Assembly (NCBI RefSeq): GCF_009914755.1
Contig: NC_060927.1
DNA from: the human T2T-CHM13v2.0 reference genome, Homo sapiens
Length of the DNA stretch: 64,000 bases
Direction: 5' to 3' (one strand)
Part shown: positions 45,730 through 62,665 of the stretch, piece after piece
Numbering within the stretch: the first letter of the stretch is position 1
Layout of the letters: each line of letters begins with the position of its first letter
Made by a program: the position numbers and the translations under genes
The notes under the pieces: generated by a model
Databases searched by the model: none
What the model saw: the letters and a program-made list of their open reading frames with translations, nothing else
Told to the model about the DNA's origin: nothing

Positions 45730-46032
45730 ATGGCTCACACCTATAATCCCAGCACTTTGGGAGGCCAAGTGAGAGGACTGCTGTTTGAGCCCAGGAGTTC
45801 AAGACCAGCCTGGGCAATATAGTGAGATACTGTCTCTACAAAAAAAATTTTTTTTTAATTAGCCAGGCACGGTGGCACACACCAGTGGTCCCAGCTACTT
45901 GGAAGGCTGAGGTGGGAGAACTGCTTGAGCCCAGGAGGTCAAGGCCACAGTGAGCCATGTATGCTCTCCACTACTGGAGCCACTACTGTACTCCAGCCTG
46001 GGCAACACAGCAAGACCCTGTCTCAAAAAAAA
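45730..46032 (+). mobile_element. Alu (AluJ-like)
   Basis: Two-arm Alu with gagcccaggaggtcaaggc. Confidence 0.88.
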
Positions 46033-46748
46033 CAATTCCAGATTCATGGTATTTCTGGGAGAGTATAATAGACATTCTTTGACATTCTTTATGGTACCTG
46101 TCCAGTCTACACACATACAGCCTAGTTAACTACTAATTTTCTATTTTTTCAGCTTACATTTTCATTGCTACATTAATAGTTAACATACGTACACATATCT
46201 CTCTTCTCTGAAAACCTCCTTCCCCTCCCACTGGGTAAAGTGCCTGAATATGTTCATCTAAGTATTTATCAAAACAACAACAAACTCCCTACCTCATGAG
46301 AAAAGCAGATACTATTTATACAAATAACTGCTGCATTAGATAATAACTGAAGTAAGAGGTACAAAAGAGAATGGTGGGGTACAATTAAGTCCATAATGGA
46401 GTATCTAGAATCCAATCAGGGTAGGTCCCTCCGAAAAAGTGGTATTTCAGCTGAAATTCTGAAATGTGTGAGAGGGTAGGGGGAGGAGGGAAGCAATGGA
46501 GTGGGAAGCGATAACATTAATGGCAGAAGGCATGTAAAAAGAAAGATCTTGAAGGAGTTTAACAAACTGAAAATAAGTGGACAGTCACAGAAGACTGCAC
46601 ATTGTATGATCCTGTTCACATGAAACGTTCAGAATAAGCAAATCTATAGAAAGAAGATAGACTCACTAATCTACCTGGTTATCTAAAGCAGGCAGTGTGT
46701 GTCAGGAGATGGGGAGTGACTGCTAATGGATAGTAAGATTCTTCTGGG

Positions 46749-46975
46749 GGCCAGGTGTGGTGGCTCATGTCTGTAATCCCAGTACTTTGGGAGACGGAGG
46801 CGGGCAGATCACTTGACACCAGTAGTTTGAGACCAGCCTGGCCATCTCTACTAAAAATATAAAAATTTAGCTGGGCATGGTGGTGGGTGCCTGTAACCCC
46901 AGCTACTTGGGAGGTTGAGGCATGAGAATCACTTGAACTCAGGAGGCGGAAGTTGCAATGAGCCTGGGTGACAGA
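46749..46975 (+). mobile_element. Alu with internal deletions and no tail
   Basis: Alu motifs flanked by tcttctgg(g/a)gg. Confidence 0.85.
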
Positions 46976-48182
46976 TATCTTCTGGAGGGCTGTTTTTTAG
47001 CCTACAACAGTTCTCAGTTTGTTCTTAGCAGAACAAAACATCAGAGATCTAATAAACTAGAAACAGCAAAGAACAGAAAAAAACACAGTGAAAAATTAAT
47101 GGCAGGGAAGAAAGGAAATCATAATAGTGAATGCAGAGGGAATCACTTAAGAGATTGAAGTAATTCTGGAGAAGATAGCAAATATGAAGAACAAAGATGA
47201 TCCAATATAAGGATAATTATTGTTCCATAAGTAGATGCCACACATGAATAGAAAATTTCGTTGAAACTTTCCTTGAAATTGAGAGCACTATATCTGCAGG
47301 ACAAAAAGGTACAATGTATGCAAGAACTGACTCAGGATGATCAAAGTACTGTGGTTAAACTCAAGGATAAAAAAGAGTCTACCAGGCATCCAAACAGAAA
47401 AAAATTAGTCACCTAAAAGTTAGTCAACCTAAAAGGCAGGTTGGGGGACACATGCGGCAGAGAGGCAGAAGATGTTTGTAGAAAAACCAACACACTAAGT
47501 TATGAAAAAACAGGCCAAACTTCTACCACTGTTTGGCTTATGACCTTGAGGAAGTCAAGCAATGTCCTTTTTAGGCCTTAGTTTCCCTATCTGTACACTG
47601 AAAGGACTGGATAAATATGAAATTTAAAGCCCTTTCAGCTCTGAAAGTATGATGGACGGTAGCCAGATTAAGAGGATAAAATGTCAAATACTGGGTTTTA
47701 TAGCTTACTTTTCTCCTTCCAGCTCTTATTAAATCATAAGTTGGGAAAGAAAATGTATTTCAGACATTCCTCCTACCCCCAAATATACCTATCATATTTC
47801 ATCTCACAAATCAGCAAATATTAAAAAATAAACACTCAAGGCTAACAAGCGATACAATAAAACCAGGTGCTCTCAAACACGATTTTCTAAAAGTCTTAAA
47901 ACTTTCCCCAAATATCAAGCAAGGGATGCTAGGAAAAAACAATCACTGAATAAAGGAGAAAGAGTTATTTGTTAGAGGCAATGAGAAGGTATCTGCTGGA
48001 GCAAGAGCAGCGAAACAAAGGATACGGGAGAGAACTGAGGTAGTTTATAATCTATAGTAGTTGTTCTCAACATATAAGCCAAAGAGAACCTGTAAGGATT
48101 TATTACCGCAAGGGGGTCTGCAAATCCACACAAAAATAAACCACTGCTGGAAACAGAGAAATAAGCAATGCTATACCGCCAA

Positions 48183-48184
<2 letters not shown>

Positions 48185-48248
<64 letters not shown>
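48185..48248. repeat. (AC)n microsatellite, about 25 perfect units plus an interrupted extension
   Basis: Directly visible, abutting the T-tail of a reverse Alu. Confidence 0.98.
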
Positions 48249-48539
<291 letters not shown>

Positions 48540-48596
48540 CACGTTGGTTTTTAAATATGAAATCTTGAAGTATAATTTTCCTTAAAAGCAGCAGGA

Positions 48597-49219
<623 letters not shown>

Positions 49220-50390
49220 TTAGAGCCAATCCAGATGTCCAATAGCAGAGAATCATTAGGTAAACTATGATACACTCACAATGAACAGACTATTAAGCAC
49301 TCATTAAAATTACATTTTCCAAGAATATTTAATGGTTTAGGAAAATATTCATGACATAAGATTACATGAAAAAGCAGAGTATATAGCTACAAATTGCTAT
49401 ATATTGTGATCCCAATTTTGAAAACAAATGCTACACAAACACACCAAAAAGTAAACAGTTTTCTCTAGATAGTGAGAATACAGGCAAATTTTTATTTTCT
49501 TTTTTGTATCTCTCTGTAATTTCCAAATTATCTACACTGAGCATATAAAATGTTTTAAAGATAAATTTGCTTAAAGTTCTAAAAAGATATTCAATTATAT
49601 TCTTTCCAAAGAAGTATTACTGTCACTGGGTTCTAAAAAAAAATCCAATATGCTTATAGAACACTTCAAACTAAAAAATCAGCAACTATTTCTTGAATAA
49701 TTTATCCTTAGTTCTAAAATTGAGTATAATCAGCAAAGAGATGAATTGAGTGCCTCATTCATAGTCAATGTTTATTCTTCAATTAGGCATTGTTATATTC
49801 AGCACAGAAAAGAGTGACAAGAAAATAACTTGGCTAGAGCATGACTGACTGGGATGTGTGTTTAAAAGATTTCGTAAAAGGCTGTATGTTTATCTAGTCT
49901 TAACTTTTATTAATCACTATGTGACTGTCCATTTAAATAACAATTAATGAGGTATTATTACTACTTAATAGATAAAAGAAATGAAGAGGCCAGCCTGGAG
50001 CCTCATCATACCATAACTAGAACCTGCTGAGACAGATTTACCTCACGAGAAACTAGTCCTTTACCCAACAAACTATTTGAAACCTTCCAGACTATGCCAC
50101 TAAGGCCATAGATCCCTCTAGCCTACAAGAGATTAAAAGGCCTAAATCTATCAACACCTCATATCCTTGTTTACGTAAGTCTCCACCAGAAATACTGTTA
50201 ACTCTCATGCCCCTACTACTCTACACATCCCTCTCATCTGAATGAGCTCCTCAGCTCTACCTCTTCTGTGATCAGCAAACTCCACTTTCTAGCCTTATGG
50301 AAAACATAACTCCCCCAAATATGCTACTTTAATAAATCCCACAGAGGCTGATGTTATTCAGTTCCTCCACACGTCTCAAAACCATGTCCT

Positions 50391-51761
50391 TGCAGGCCAT
50401 GGTGGGGCAGAGGTTGGGAAGATGGCCTGGTGAGGCTGGGCAGAGAGAGGTTGGGGCAGCGACCAGGCGTGGTCTCCGCCAGTGGGCGGCCGCAGCTGCA
50501 AGGAACTCACTGAGGCCCTAGCCCCGCCACGGCTGCTCAGACGCAGGTTTGGCTTCTTCGCAAAAATGTGGATTCAGAAAAGCACCCAGGAAGGCTGAAC
50601 CTCAAAGATCAGACACAGGCACAAGTGGTGAAGCATACAAGAGAAGTGCTTTGGTTCCTCCTGTGGAAGAAACGGCCTTTTATCCTTCTTTGTATCCTAT
50701 AGGGACTCTCATAAAATCTTTATTTTTTACTGTTGGGTTTACAGGCTGTGCATTTGGATCAGCTACTATTTGGCAATATGAATCACTGAAATCCAGGGTC
50801 CAGAGTTATTTTGATGATATAAAAGCTGACGGTTGGGATAGCATAAGATCACAAAAAAGAGACTTCAGAAAGGAGATTAACAAGTGGTAGAATAACCTAA
50901 GCGATGGCCACCAGACTATGACAGGTTATCACAGCTGCAAATGAATGTCTTTGTATTCTGTTTATAGAGAGTACCTTCTCTGCAGCGGACAATGATCAGA
51001 TATTTCGCATCTAATCCAGCCTCAAAAGCCCTTTCTTTTCCAATGTTGCTGTCAACATTCAGTCATTTCTCCTTATTTCACATGGCAGCAAATATCTTAT
51101 GTTTTGTGGAGCTTCGCCTCCAGCACAGTGAACATTCTGGATCAAGAGCAGTGTTATTATCTGCAGGTGTTATTTCCAATTGTGTCAGTTATGTGTGTAA
51201 AGTTGCCACAGGAAGATAGGGACCATCACTTGGTGCATCTGGCACCATCATGATGGTCTTTGCAGCTGTCTGCACTAAGATCCCAGAAGGGAGGCTTGCC
51301 ATTATTTCCCTTCAGATGTTCACATTCATAGCAGAGAATGCCCTAAAAGCCATTATGGCCATGGATACAGCAGAAATCTTCATGGGATGGAAATTTTTTT
51401 ATCATGCAGTGCATCCTGGGGGAGCTCTCTTTGGAATATGGTATGTTACTTATGGTCATTAACTGTTTTGGAAGAACAGGGAGCTTCTAGTGAAAATCTG
51501 GCACGAAATGAGGACTAATGGCCCCCAAAAAAGGAGGTGGCTCTAAGTAAAACTGGGATTGGACAGTACTGGTGTATCTGGTCCATGATGCCTGAGAGCC
51601 ACAGGAACACATGGGCCCTAGAGTGACCACAGCTATGCTCTGGCTTGAAAGACACCAGCATCTGGCCTCCCAGTGTTTTCAGCTGTGTCCCCCAGTCTGT
51701 CTTTTAAAAGGTGAATTATGACAAAGTTGTGAAATAAAGGTTTATATCTAGTTGGAAAAAA
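50391..51761 (+). pseudogene. PARLP1: Processed pseudogene of PARL (mitochondrial rhomboid protease)
   Basis: Intronless, full-length copy from ATG 50422 (MAW*GW) to TAA 51548-51550, with fragments KCGFRKAPRK, FSHFSLFHMAAN, PSLGASG and GGALFGIWYVTYGH. Many stops and frameshifts. AATAAA at 51733, poly(A), and TSD at 50378-50390 and 51762-51774. The symbol is from recollection of the human locus. Confidence 0.95.
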
Positions 51762-51774
51762 AAAATCACATCCT

Positions 51775-52500
51775 CCTTGTTCCCTATTGCTATTTCAGAA
51801 CCATTATATTTCCTCAGTCATCCAAAAAACTCTGCTCACTTGAGGTCCTCCTATGCTAGTTCCTTCCCTATCAGCTTCTAAACGTTGGGGTTCTTCTAGG
51901 CTTGGTCCTAGACTCCCTTTCTCTTCTATCTTCTGTCTCCATACTCTCCCCAGATTATCTCATGCATTCCCAGATCTTTAAATACATGGTATTTATCCAA
52001 ATTATTACCATTTGAGAGCTGTTGGTTCTCAAATGTATTTCTGTAGACCAGACTACTCTTTCAACCTTTAGAGACTCCTATATTCAACTCCCCACTTTGG
52101 AGTTACACTTGTGTCTCATTCCCCTGATTAAAACTCTTTAAAGCCTTCAGCATCTTTTACAAAACCCTGTAAGATCTAGTTTCATTCTCATATCATGCCA
52201 TTATTCCCTTGCTCACAATCCTTCAGTCACACTAGGCTTCTTTCAGTTTATTGAATACACAAAGCATTTTGCCACCTCAGGACTTTTTCACATGATGTTC
52301 CCTTTCCTTACAATATTCTTTTACCACCCCCATCCCTAATCCCTTCCTTTTTATCCTTTATGTCTCAGCTTAAACCTCACTTCTTCAGAGATGCCTTCTC
52401 TAGGACAATCCAATCTAAAATAGTTTTCACCTGTTACTATATTCACAGTAACCAGTTCTTTTCCTTCAAAGCACTTAATCACAATTTTTAAATAAGTAAA
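51775..52500 (+). mobile_element. L2 fragments (continuing from about 50200-50390)
   Basis: Pyrimidine-rich L2 3' motifs, such as gccacctcaggacttttt and tctcagcttaaacctcacttcttcagagatgccttc. Confidence 0.65.
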
Positions 52501-53659
52501 CACACAATAATGTCCTGAGCATATTAGTCAAGCTATATCTTCTGTATGAATCAAAAACCAGTGAACAAATGTACTTACAACCACATAGCTAACAAATGGA
52601 AAACCAAGATCTGCCCAATCTAAATCCAGTATTCAATACACTATAAAAACTGCTCCTAACAAACTCTGTTCAATACACTATAACTGTTCCCAACAAACTC
52701 ATCTATTATTGTCTCAAACATAATGTAACTAGACCTAACAAGTCTTACTGTAAAAGAGTATGTTAAAATTCCAAGATATCATACAATGCAAAAATTACAT
52801 GGACCAAAGTGCTAAGTATTTAATGGTAGGTCTAGAATTTCAAAAAAGGTATAAAATAATTTTTATATCAACACTTCTTGAAATATTTCTAAAACACATT
52901 CTTAGCTGAGTAAGAGGCAAACTAATTTAGCAGATAGCATTTCAAATTTTCATTAATAAAATAGTTGTGTGGAATGAAACGTAGATAAAAATCTCTAGAA
53001 AAAGCAATAATTACATTCCTAAATTAGCCCGCCAAAATCCCTTTAATACTGGTTAATAAGCTTTAGTACTAATAATACAAACTTGAGTCTGGGTCCAGGA
53101 AGCAGGGCCCTGGAAAGGCCCGTGAAAGGCGACTGAGGATAAGAAATGAGGGTAAGAACTCATTCTCAAGTCCTTGGGTAGTCAGGACTCTGCTACTTCC
53201 TAAGCCTTTTTTTCCCATGGCCCACCTCACGTATTCAACAAGGAAGTAGAGGGACAGAGGGTGAAGTAGGAGAAGGAGAAAACACTTAACAACAAGCACA
53301 GTGTTAGGCATGTGACAAACCAATTTTACTTACTCCCACCAATCCCACAATGCAGTTATCACCATCCTCTGTTTCACAGGGAATATTTAAATCTAAGCCT
53401 ATACTCTTTCCACTACTTCTTAAGCAACCAGCCCTAAGTAAGTATATAATTAGCTGTTTAATGCACTGTCCATGAGGAGATAAGACATATCTGCATTTTT
53501 TGCTAGTTTTTTATAAACAGTAAGAGCTCAAATATTTGTGGATAAATGACTGAAATCAGTAAATAAAAGAATGAGCAAAATAACTCAAGTTCTGTGACTT
53601 TTCCTAATCATTCCAGACTACAATGATTACTCCTCCCTCTGGATTAACACTTAATGTCT

Positions 53660-54405
<746 letters not shown>

Positions 54406-55275
54406 TCTACACCATCCATTTGGCAGCATATATATTCTACTTTATAACATCTCATGTTAGTTAAATATTCCAATATGTACATTTCCCTAGAACATAGGGT
54501 CCCTTATCCTTGTAATAATTCAATGTACTTTTTAAACCAGCTTCATTAAGTTTTAATTCACATAACAAATAATTCACCCAACTAAAGTGCACATTGAACG
54601 ATTTTTAGTACTTTCACAGGCTTGTGCAACCATCACCCCAATCAATTTCATTACCCCAAAAAGAAACACTGTACCTCTTAGGTGTCATCCCCCAATCCTT
54701 CCATTCCAGCCCTAAGGAAACAGTAACCTACTTTCTGTCTACAGATTTGCCTATTCTGGACATTTATATAGGTGGAATCATATGATACTTGGTCTTTTGT
54801 GCTTGGCTTCTTTTACTTAGAATGTTTTCCAGGTTCATCCATGTTGTAGTATGCTTTGGTCCATTTCTTTTGGTTCCTCAGTAATAATCCATTTATGGAA
54901 ATCCCGTATTTGATTTCTCCATTCATCAACTGATAGATGTTTGGGTTGTTTTTCTACTTTTAGCTATTATGAATAATGCTATGAACATGTGTATATATGA
55001 ACATATGGGTATATATAACTAGGCATAGAATTGCTAGGTTATATGGTAACTCTATGTGTGTATTTTAAGAACTACCAGATTGTTTTCCAAAACAGCTGTA
55101 CCATTTTACATTCCCACAGCAGTGTACGAGGGTTCCAATTTCTCCATATCCTAACAAACATTGGTTATAATCTGACTTTTTTATTCTAGCCATCCTAATG
55201 AGTCTGAAGTGGTATCTCATGGTTTTGATTTTTATTTCCATAATGGCTAATGATGTTGAGCATCTTTTCGTGCAT

Positions 55276-55671
55276 TGATATGGTTTTGCTCTGTGTCCCC
55301 ACCCAAATCTCATCTCAAATTGTAATCCTCATGTATTGGAGGAGGGGCCTGGTGGGAGTTGACTGAATCATGGGGACAGACTTCCCCCTTGCTGTTCTTG
55401 TGATAGTGAGTTCTCACGAGATCTAGTTGTTTGAAAGTGTGTGGCACTTCCCCCTTTGCTTGCTCGCTCGCTCTCTCTCTCTCTCCTGCTCCACCACGGT
55501 AAGATGTGCTTTCTTCCCCTTTCACTTTCCACCATGATTTAAGTTTCCTGAGGCCTCCCACCCATGCTTCCTATACAGCCTTTGGAACTGTGAGTCAATT
55601 AAACCTCTTTTCTTCATAAATTACCCAGTCTCAGGTAGTTCTGTATAGCAGTATAAGAATAGACTAATACA
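55276..55671 (+). mobile_element. MSTA-like MaLR solo LTR
   Basis: tgatatggtt...ccccacccaaatctcatc...agactaataca, with 5-bp TSD tgcat/tgcac. Confidence 0.9.
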
Positions 55672-56371
55672 TGCACTTATCAACCATTATGTATATCTTC
55701 CTTGTAGAAGTAGATATACATAGGTTCTGTCTATTCAGAACCTGTGCCAAATTTTTAATTGGACTTTATTTTATTATTGAACTGTAAGAGTTCTTCTTGT
55801 ATTCTGGATACAAGTCCTTTATCAGATATAATTTGCAAGTATTTTCCCTTTCTGTTGTCTCTTTCTTGATGGTGTTTTGAAGCACAAATGGTTTTATTTT
55901 TGATAATGTTCAAGGTATCCATTTTTTCTTTTGTTGCTTGTGTGCTTGGTACCACATCTAAGAAGCCACTGCCTACCCAAGGTCAGAAAAACTTACTCCT
56001 ATGTTTTCTCCTAGGAGTTTTAGCTCCTACTTGTTTTAGCTCTAGCATTTAGGTCTTTAATCCATTTTGACATAATTTTTGTAGATGGTATGAGGTAGGA
56101 GTTAAACTTCATTCATTTGCATGCAAATATCCAGCTGTCTGAGACCATTTGTGGGGGATAAAAAATTATTTCACCATTTAATTATCTTGGTATCCTTGTC
56201 AAAACCAATTGACCATAAAGGTAGGGGCTTATTTTTAAACTAATGATCATACTCCATGAATCTATATCCAAGCGCCACACCGTCTGGATTGATGTAAATT
56301 TTTAAATTGAGAAATGTGATTCCTCTAACTTTATTCTTTATTTTTCAATTTTTGAGGGGCTATTCAGAGTC

Positions 56372-57120
<749 letters not shown>

Positions 57121-58194
57121 GGATCCCTTGTATTTCCATATGAATTTTAGGATCAGTTTATCAATTTGTGCAAAGGGCAATTGGAACTTTGCCTTCTGCA
57201 AAAGGCAACTGGAATTTTGATAAACCACTGGAACTGTAGATCAACTAGGAGAGCACTATTATTTAAACAATATTAAGTCTTCCAATTCATGAACATAGGA
57301 TGTCCATCCTTTTTTTTAGGTATTCATTAATTTCTTTCAACGATGTTTTGTAATTTCCATATTATACGTTTTATACTTCTGTTAAATGTATTCATAAGTA
57401 TTTTGTTCCTTTAGATGGCATTATAAGTGGAACTGTTTCCTTAATTTCAGTTTCAGTTTGCTCATTTCTACTGTACAGAAACATAGTTGATTTTTATACA
57501 TTGAGCCTACATAAAATGAGTTCAACTTTGCTGAACTCATTTATTAACTCTAATAGATTTTTAGCAAATTTCTTAGGATGTTTCTATAAATATCTGCAAA
57601 TAGAGATAGCTATACTTCTTCCTTATCACTCTGATGCCTTTTACTTCTTTTCCTGCCTAATTGCTCTGGCTAGAAACTCTAGTACAATGTTAAAAAAAAG
57701 TGGCAGCAGAGGACACCCTTATGTTGCTCCTAATATTAGGCAGAAAGCATCCAATATTTTGCCATTAACTATGTATTAGCTCCGGGTTTTTTCATAGATG
57801 TTATCAGATGGAGCAAGTTTCCTTCTATTCCTAGTTTATTAGTTTTATCATGAATAGAATGTACTTTTTAACATATCTATAGTCTACATAATGTATAGCT
57901 CACTGGTACTCTCTAATGTGCTAAATGACTAAAACTGGTATGAAGTATAACTTACCAAAGAAAGTCCTCGATTTTTTTATGTAACAGAAAAACATAAACA
58001 CTACTTTATTATGATAATTCAGAAGATATCCTCATTAAGAATATTTATGTTGTTAAACTAATTCTGATCATCAGTTTTGTTGTTGCAATACCCCCAGAGT
58101 ATCGCCAATTAAAGTATCTAAGAGAAGGGGGTACCATGACTAACTTAATTACTAAATGACTCAGAGACAAAAATTTAATTTAAAAAGCAAATCT

Positions 58195-58501
<307 letters not shown>

Positions 58502-59936
58502 CTATGCCATCTAGCAGTTTTAGGAAAAAAGCTTGGATACACAGATATCAAAATAATATGCTACAATAAAAGTTTTAGAATCAATGTCAGACAAATTTAC
58601 AAGTTCCCAAACATAGAAATAAAATTAATGTCAACACCTGTTAAAAAACAAAACCTAACACTCAAAATTTGTTTTAACTGACAAAACCCAAAGTCTGTGA
58701 TAACTCAGCAGAACAGCAGTTCCTATCACTGCATTAAACAATTATCATCTTGTTTCCTAACACAAAGAAAAATGCTGAATATACAGAAGTATAGAAATAC
58801 TCCTTATTCACTAGCAATTACTTGAAACAAACAAAAAAATTGCTTTGCTATTTTACTCAAGGTATTGCCCTAAAGGACCCTTGTTTATCTTACTGGCCTT
58901 CCAGTTCTAACTTTAAAAACAGATATGCATTTCGCTATTATATTGTAAATGGTCCCTCTATCCACTCTAGAAGGAAGAATCAAATGGCAAGATAAAATAA
59001 AGCAATAATTTAAAAGTAATAGCTTATCCAATTATCCAAATTGCTTAACTTCTTAAGCAATTAAGAAACATGAGCTTCTCCATCCAGAAATGGTGACAGA
59101 CTGAAAAACTGAAGACACATTATCCCGAAGAACTTGTATTCTTATTGGAGAGATAACTCAAAATCTAAAATAAGAAACAATCCTAAATATATTAAGCAAG
59201 CCGGTAGTGTGTAATACGTCATATGCAAAGGAAGGAAATATGTTTTATAAAGTGAACTCCAGACTGGGTGACAGGGAGAGACCCTATTTCAAAAAAAGAA
59301 GTAAATAAAAAATAAAAATAAAGCACTACAGCTCTTTTTTTTTTTACCATCTTACACATCAAACCTTTAGTCTTGAGGTATTTAATGGTATTTAGTGGTT
59401 TCAGAAAATACTGAGCATATAAGCATGCATTTAGAACTCCATTTTTTACATTTTATGCTCTTTATGATGGTTATTCTAGGTCAGTCATTAAACTCCCTTA
59501 TGTAAATCTGCTTCTGCCAGATGACATCAATAACTACACAAACAGTCCATAGGTTAACACTATTATATTTTCCTGTAATACACTATAGAGAATAAAATAA
59601 GAGGAACTGATGAATAAAAAATATATAAAACATCTAAAGAAGTCTTTATTACTAATAATCTTCCATAGCTATAACATATGCAAGATACTGTACTAAACAA
59701 TTTATATTAAATATTGTTCATTTAACCTAAAAATACATTTACATACAAGGAAACTGAGGCACAGTTCAGTAACTTGTCCAATGTCACAGCAAGTAAATAG
59801 CAAATTCGGAATTTATCCCAGAGCCCAGGCGCTTACTCAACATGTTACTTCCTCCTAAGCTATTTTTAAAGGCATAATATGAAGTCAAATTATTAATTAC
59901 AACAATCTCAGGTTTCTTCTTCAATTTTAGTTATCA

Positions 59937-60214
<278 letters not shown>

Positions 60215-61065
60215 CATGTGCATCATTGAAAGAGGACATCAAAAAGGGATGGCAGTCTTTTTCTGAAAAATGGTACTAGAATAAGCGACCATCTACATGC
60301 AAATAAACACACATCAACTTACACAAAAATTAACTCAAAATGCACAAAAATTCACAAAAATTAAAAAATTAGCTCAAACTGCATCATAGACCTAAAGTAA
60401 AATGCAAAGCTATAAAACTTCTAAAAGATAACAGGAAAAATCCAAGTAACCTTTGGTTTGACGAGGACTTTTTACATACAACACCAAAAGCACAGTCCAT
60501 AAAAAAAAAAAAAATGGAAAAGTGGGCTTCGTTAAAATTAAAAACTTCTGCTCTTTGAAAGAAAGACACTATGAAACAGGATGAAAAGACAAGACATAGA
60601 CTGGGAGAAAATATTTGCAATACACATATCTGATAAAGGGCTAGTATCCAAAATATACAAAGAACTCTTAAAACTCTTAAAACTCAATAATAAAACAAAT
60701 GAATTAAAAAGTGTACAAAAAATCTGAACTGATACCTCACAAAAGAAGATATACAGGTAGCAAATAAGCATATGAAAAGATGCTCAACATCATATGTCAT
60801 TAGGGAATTGTAAATTAAAACAATGCCATACCATTATACATCCACTGGAACAGAATGGCTAAAATCCCAAACACTGACAACACCAAAAGCTGATGAAAAT
60901 GTGAGGCAACAGGAACTCTCACTCACTGTTTGCAGAAATGTAAAATAGTACAGCCATTCTGGAAGACACATCAGCAGTTTCCTGCAAAGCTAAATGTAGT
61001 CTTACCACACAATCCCAGCAATCACACTCATAGATATTTACACAAGTGAGTTGAAAACTTATGTC
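60215..61065 (+). mobile_element. Old L1M ORF2 3' region, interrupted by the LTR10 provirus
   Basis: L1 motifs ctgggagaaaatatttgca and atgaaaagatgctcaacatca. It stops at ttgaaaacttatgtc, where the LTR begins. Confidence 0.8.
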
Positions 61066-61568
61066 TGTAAGATACAATGAATTTTTCTGAATTTCTCTTC
61101 AAAGGTTCAGGTTGTTAACTTCCTCGTTTTTTGTTCTCAAACTCAACTTTCTTGTTTTCCATGCCTCCTTGCCTCTAGTTACTGTAAAAAAAAAACCAAT
61201 CTTCCTGTCAGCTCTTATCAATAGCTTACAACTGTTCCCTTGGTTAAACACTCTGCACCCATTCCACCCATTAGAAACCACACATCACCCTTCGAAACCA
61301 CACATCCCATCACTGTAACTCACCTTCCCCTTTTCTTATTTGGAAAAAATATTCACAAGTAGCCAATCGGGTCTGCTTAGATTGTGTAGTCCGAACCCAG
61401 CCCATGCGGGAGTGACACAGAGGTAGGGACTATGCATTAGAGATAAAAACCCCTTCTCTCCTGTGCTCCCTGTGCTTTTGCCATTGCTCCATCTGCAAGA
61501 TACACCCTTCTGCAGAAGTAAATTGCCTTGCTGAGAAAACTTTTGGCACTGAGCATTTATCTCCAACA
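61066..61568 (+). mobile_element. 5' LTR of HERV-IP/HERV-I group provirus (LTR10 family)
   Basis: TG...CA termini, CCAAT at 61363, TATA-like GATAAAAA at about 61442, and AGTAAA poly(A) signal at 61517, followed by a PBS. Confidence 0.88.
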
Positions 61569-61572
61569 AATC

Positions 61573-61590
61573 TGCGGGCTCATCCGGGAT
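61573..61590 (+). promoter_or_regulatory. Primer binding site for tRNA-Pro
   Basis: TGCGGGCTCATCCGGGAT has two mismatches to TGGGGGCTCGTCCGGGAT. Confidence 0.82.
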
Positions 61591-62136
61591 TCCCATTCTC
61601 CTCTGGGAAAGGGTCTTGGTCCTCTCCCGTGAAGAGGTGCGCCCCACTGCCTCGTTGCAGCAGCCTCAGGGATAAAGGAATTGAGGCCCACCCAGTGTGA
61701 CAAATAAACCCAGACTCTCAGCAACATGGGAAAGAAACAGGCCGGCAGCTCGGGGAAAGGAGGCTCACATACCACAGCGACTAGGTAACTCTGTGCACAG
61801 ACCAAAGTCAGAAGGTCGCAGGGGCGACAAAGTATTTCCTTGGTGGTTGGGATTCTGGAGGTTAAAAGTGTGTAAATGATCACAAGCACTACTGCTTGCA
61901 GTGCTGCTTGTGTGAATGGTACTAAGCACTACTGCTGTGCAGAGTGAGTGGGTCCTATCGGCAGTTCCGTGGTCACCTCATACAGCTTAGGGCGGCCCTT
62001 TGGGGATCCTGTCAGGAGTTTATACTGACCCGCCATCAATGCTAAGAGGGACCTGAAATATTCCCGCGAGGGAAGTGGCCAGAGCAGATGCAGCGAAAAA
62101 AGGGTGCAAGAAACCTCCAGTAGGTGGGGCTAAAGG

Positions 62137-62299
62137 ATAGGCAAGAAATCTCTAACACAAGGTATTGAGCCTTAACAAGCTCCCCAAGGAAGAATAGGCA
62201 AGAAATCACTGATACAAAGGATTGAGCCTTAACAAGCCCCCAGAGAAGAATAGGCAAGAAGTCTTTAGTACAAGGGATTCAGCCTAACTAGGACCCAAC
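62137..62299 (+). repeat. 56-57-bp tandem repeat (about 3 copies) in the proviral leader
   Basis: ATAGGCAAGAA...ATT(G/C)AGCCT units start at 62137, 62194 and 62250. Confidence 0.9.
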
Positions 62300-62665
62300 A
62301 TGGGAAATACGCCAAGCAAGACAAGAAGTAAAAAGGATAAAAACAGCAACAAAGATAGTCCCCCCAATCTCTTGTTAAAAGACCTAGCCCCCTAGGTCTC
62401 ATGTTAAAATATTGGAAAGATAATAAAAGGTTAGAAAAGCCAGTTCCCATGCCTAAAGACCATCACATGGGATCCCCTACACTGTCTTCCCCTGCTCAGT
62501 GACCCCAACCCTTTCCTCTCAGGCAGCTGTTGCCATCCTAGATCCTGCTTCATATCCTTCCCCTACTCATGTTACTCCTCCTCCTTACAATTCTCACTCT
62601 TGGGAATCAACACCCTATGAACCTATTCCCTCCCAGCCTAAGTATCCCTCCTTAAAGGGACTCCA
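62300..62665 (+). pseudogene. Truncated gag (MA start and PPPY late domain)
   Basis: Reads MGNTPSKTRSKKDK from 62300, then PLGLMLKYWKDN and VTPPPYNS...PKYPSLKGL. Confidence 0.85.

Noticed and set aside
50549-51462. Functional PARL paralogue
   Set aside because: It has a stop at codon 4, multiple further stops and frameshifts, a poly(A) tail and a TSD.
52632-52700. Small local duplications (here, and at 20629-20673, 40159-40215 and 60322-60380)
   Set aside because: Ordinary slippage-type duplications of 15-37 bp with no sign of function.
61066-61568. AP-1 motif array of the kind reported for some LTR10 subfamilies
   Set aside because: I see no TGA(G/C)TCA repeats in this LTR.
62137-62299. 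CRISPR-like repeat-spacer array
   Set aside because: The whole units are similar, with no unique spacers. There are no cas genes, and the context is a eukaryotic ERV leader.
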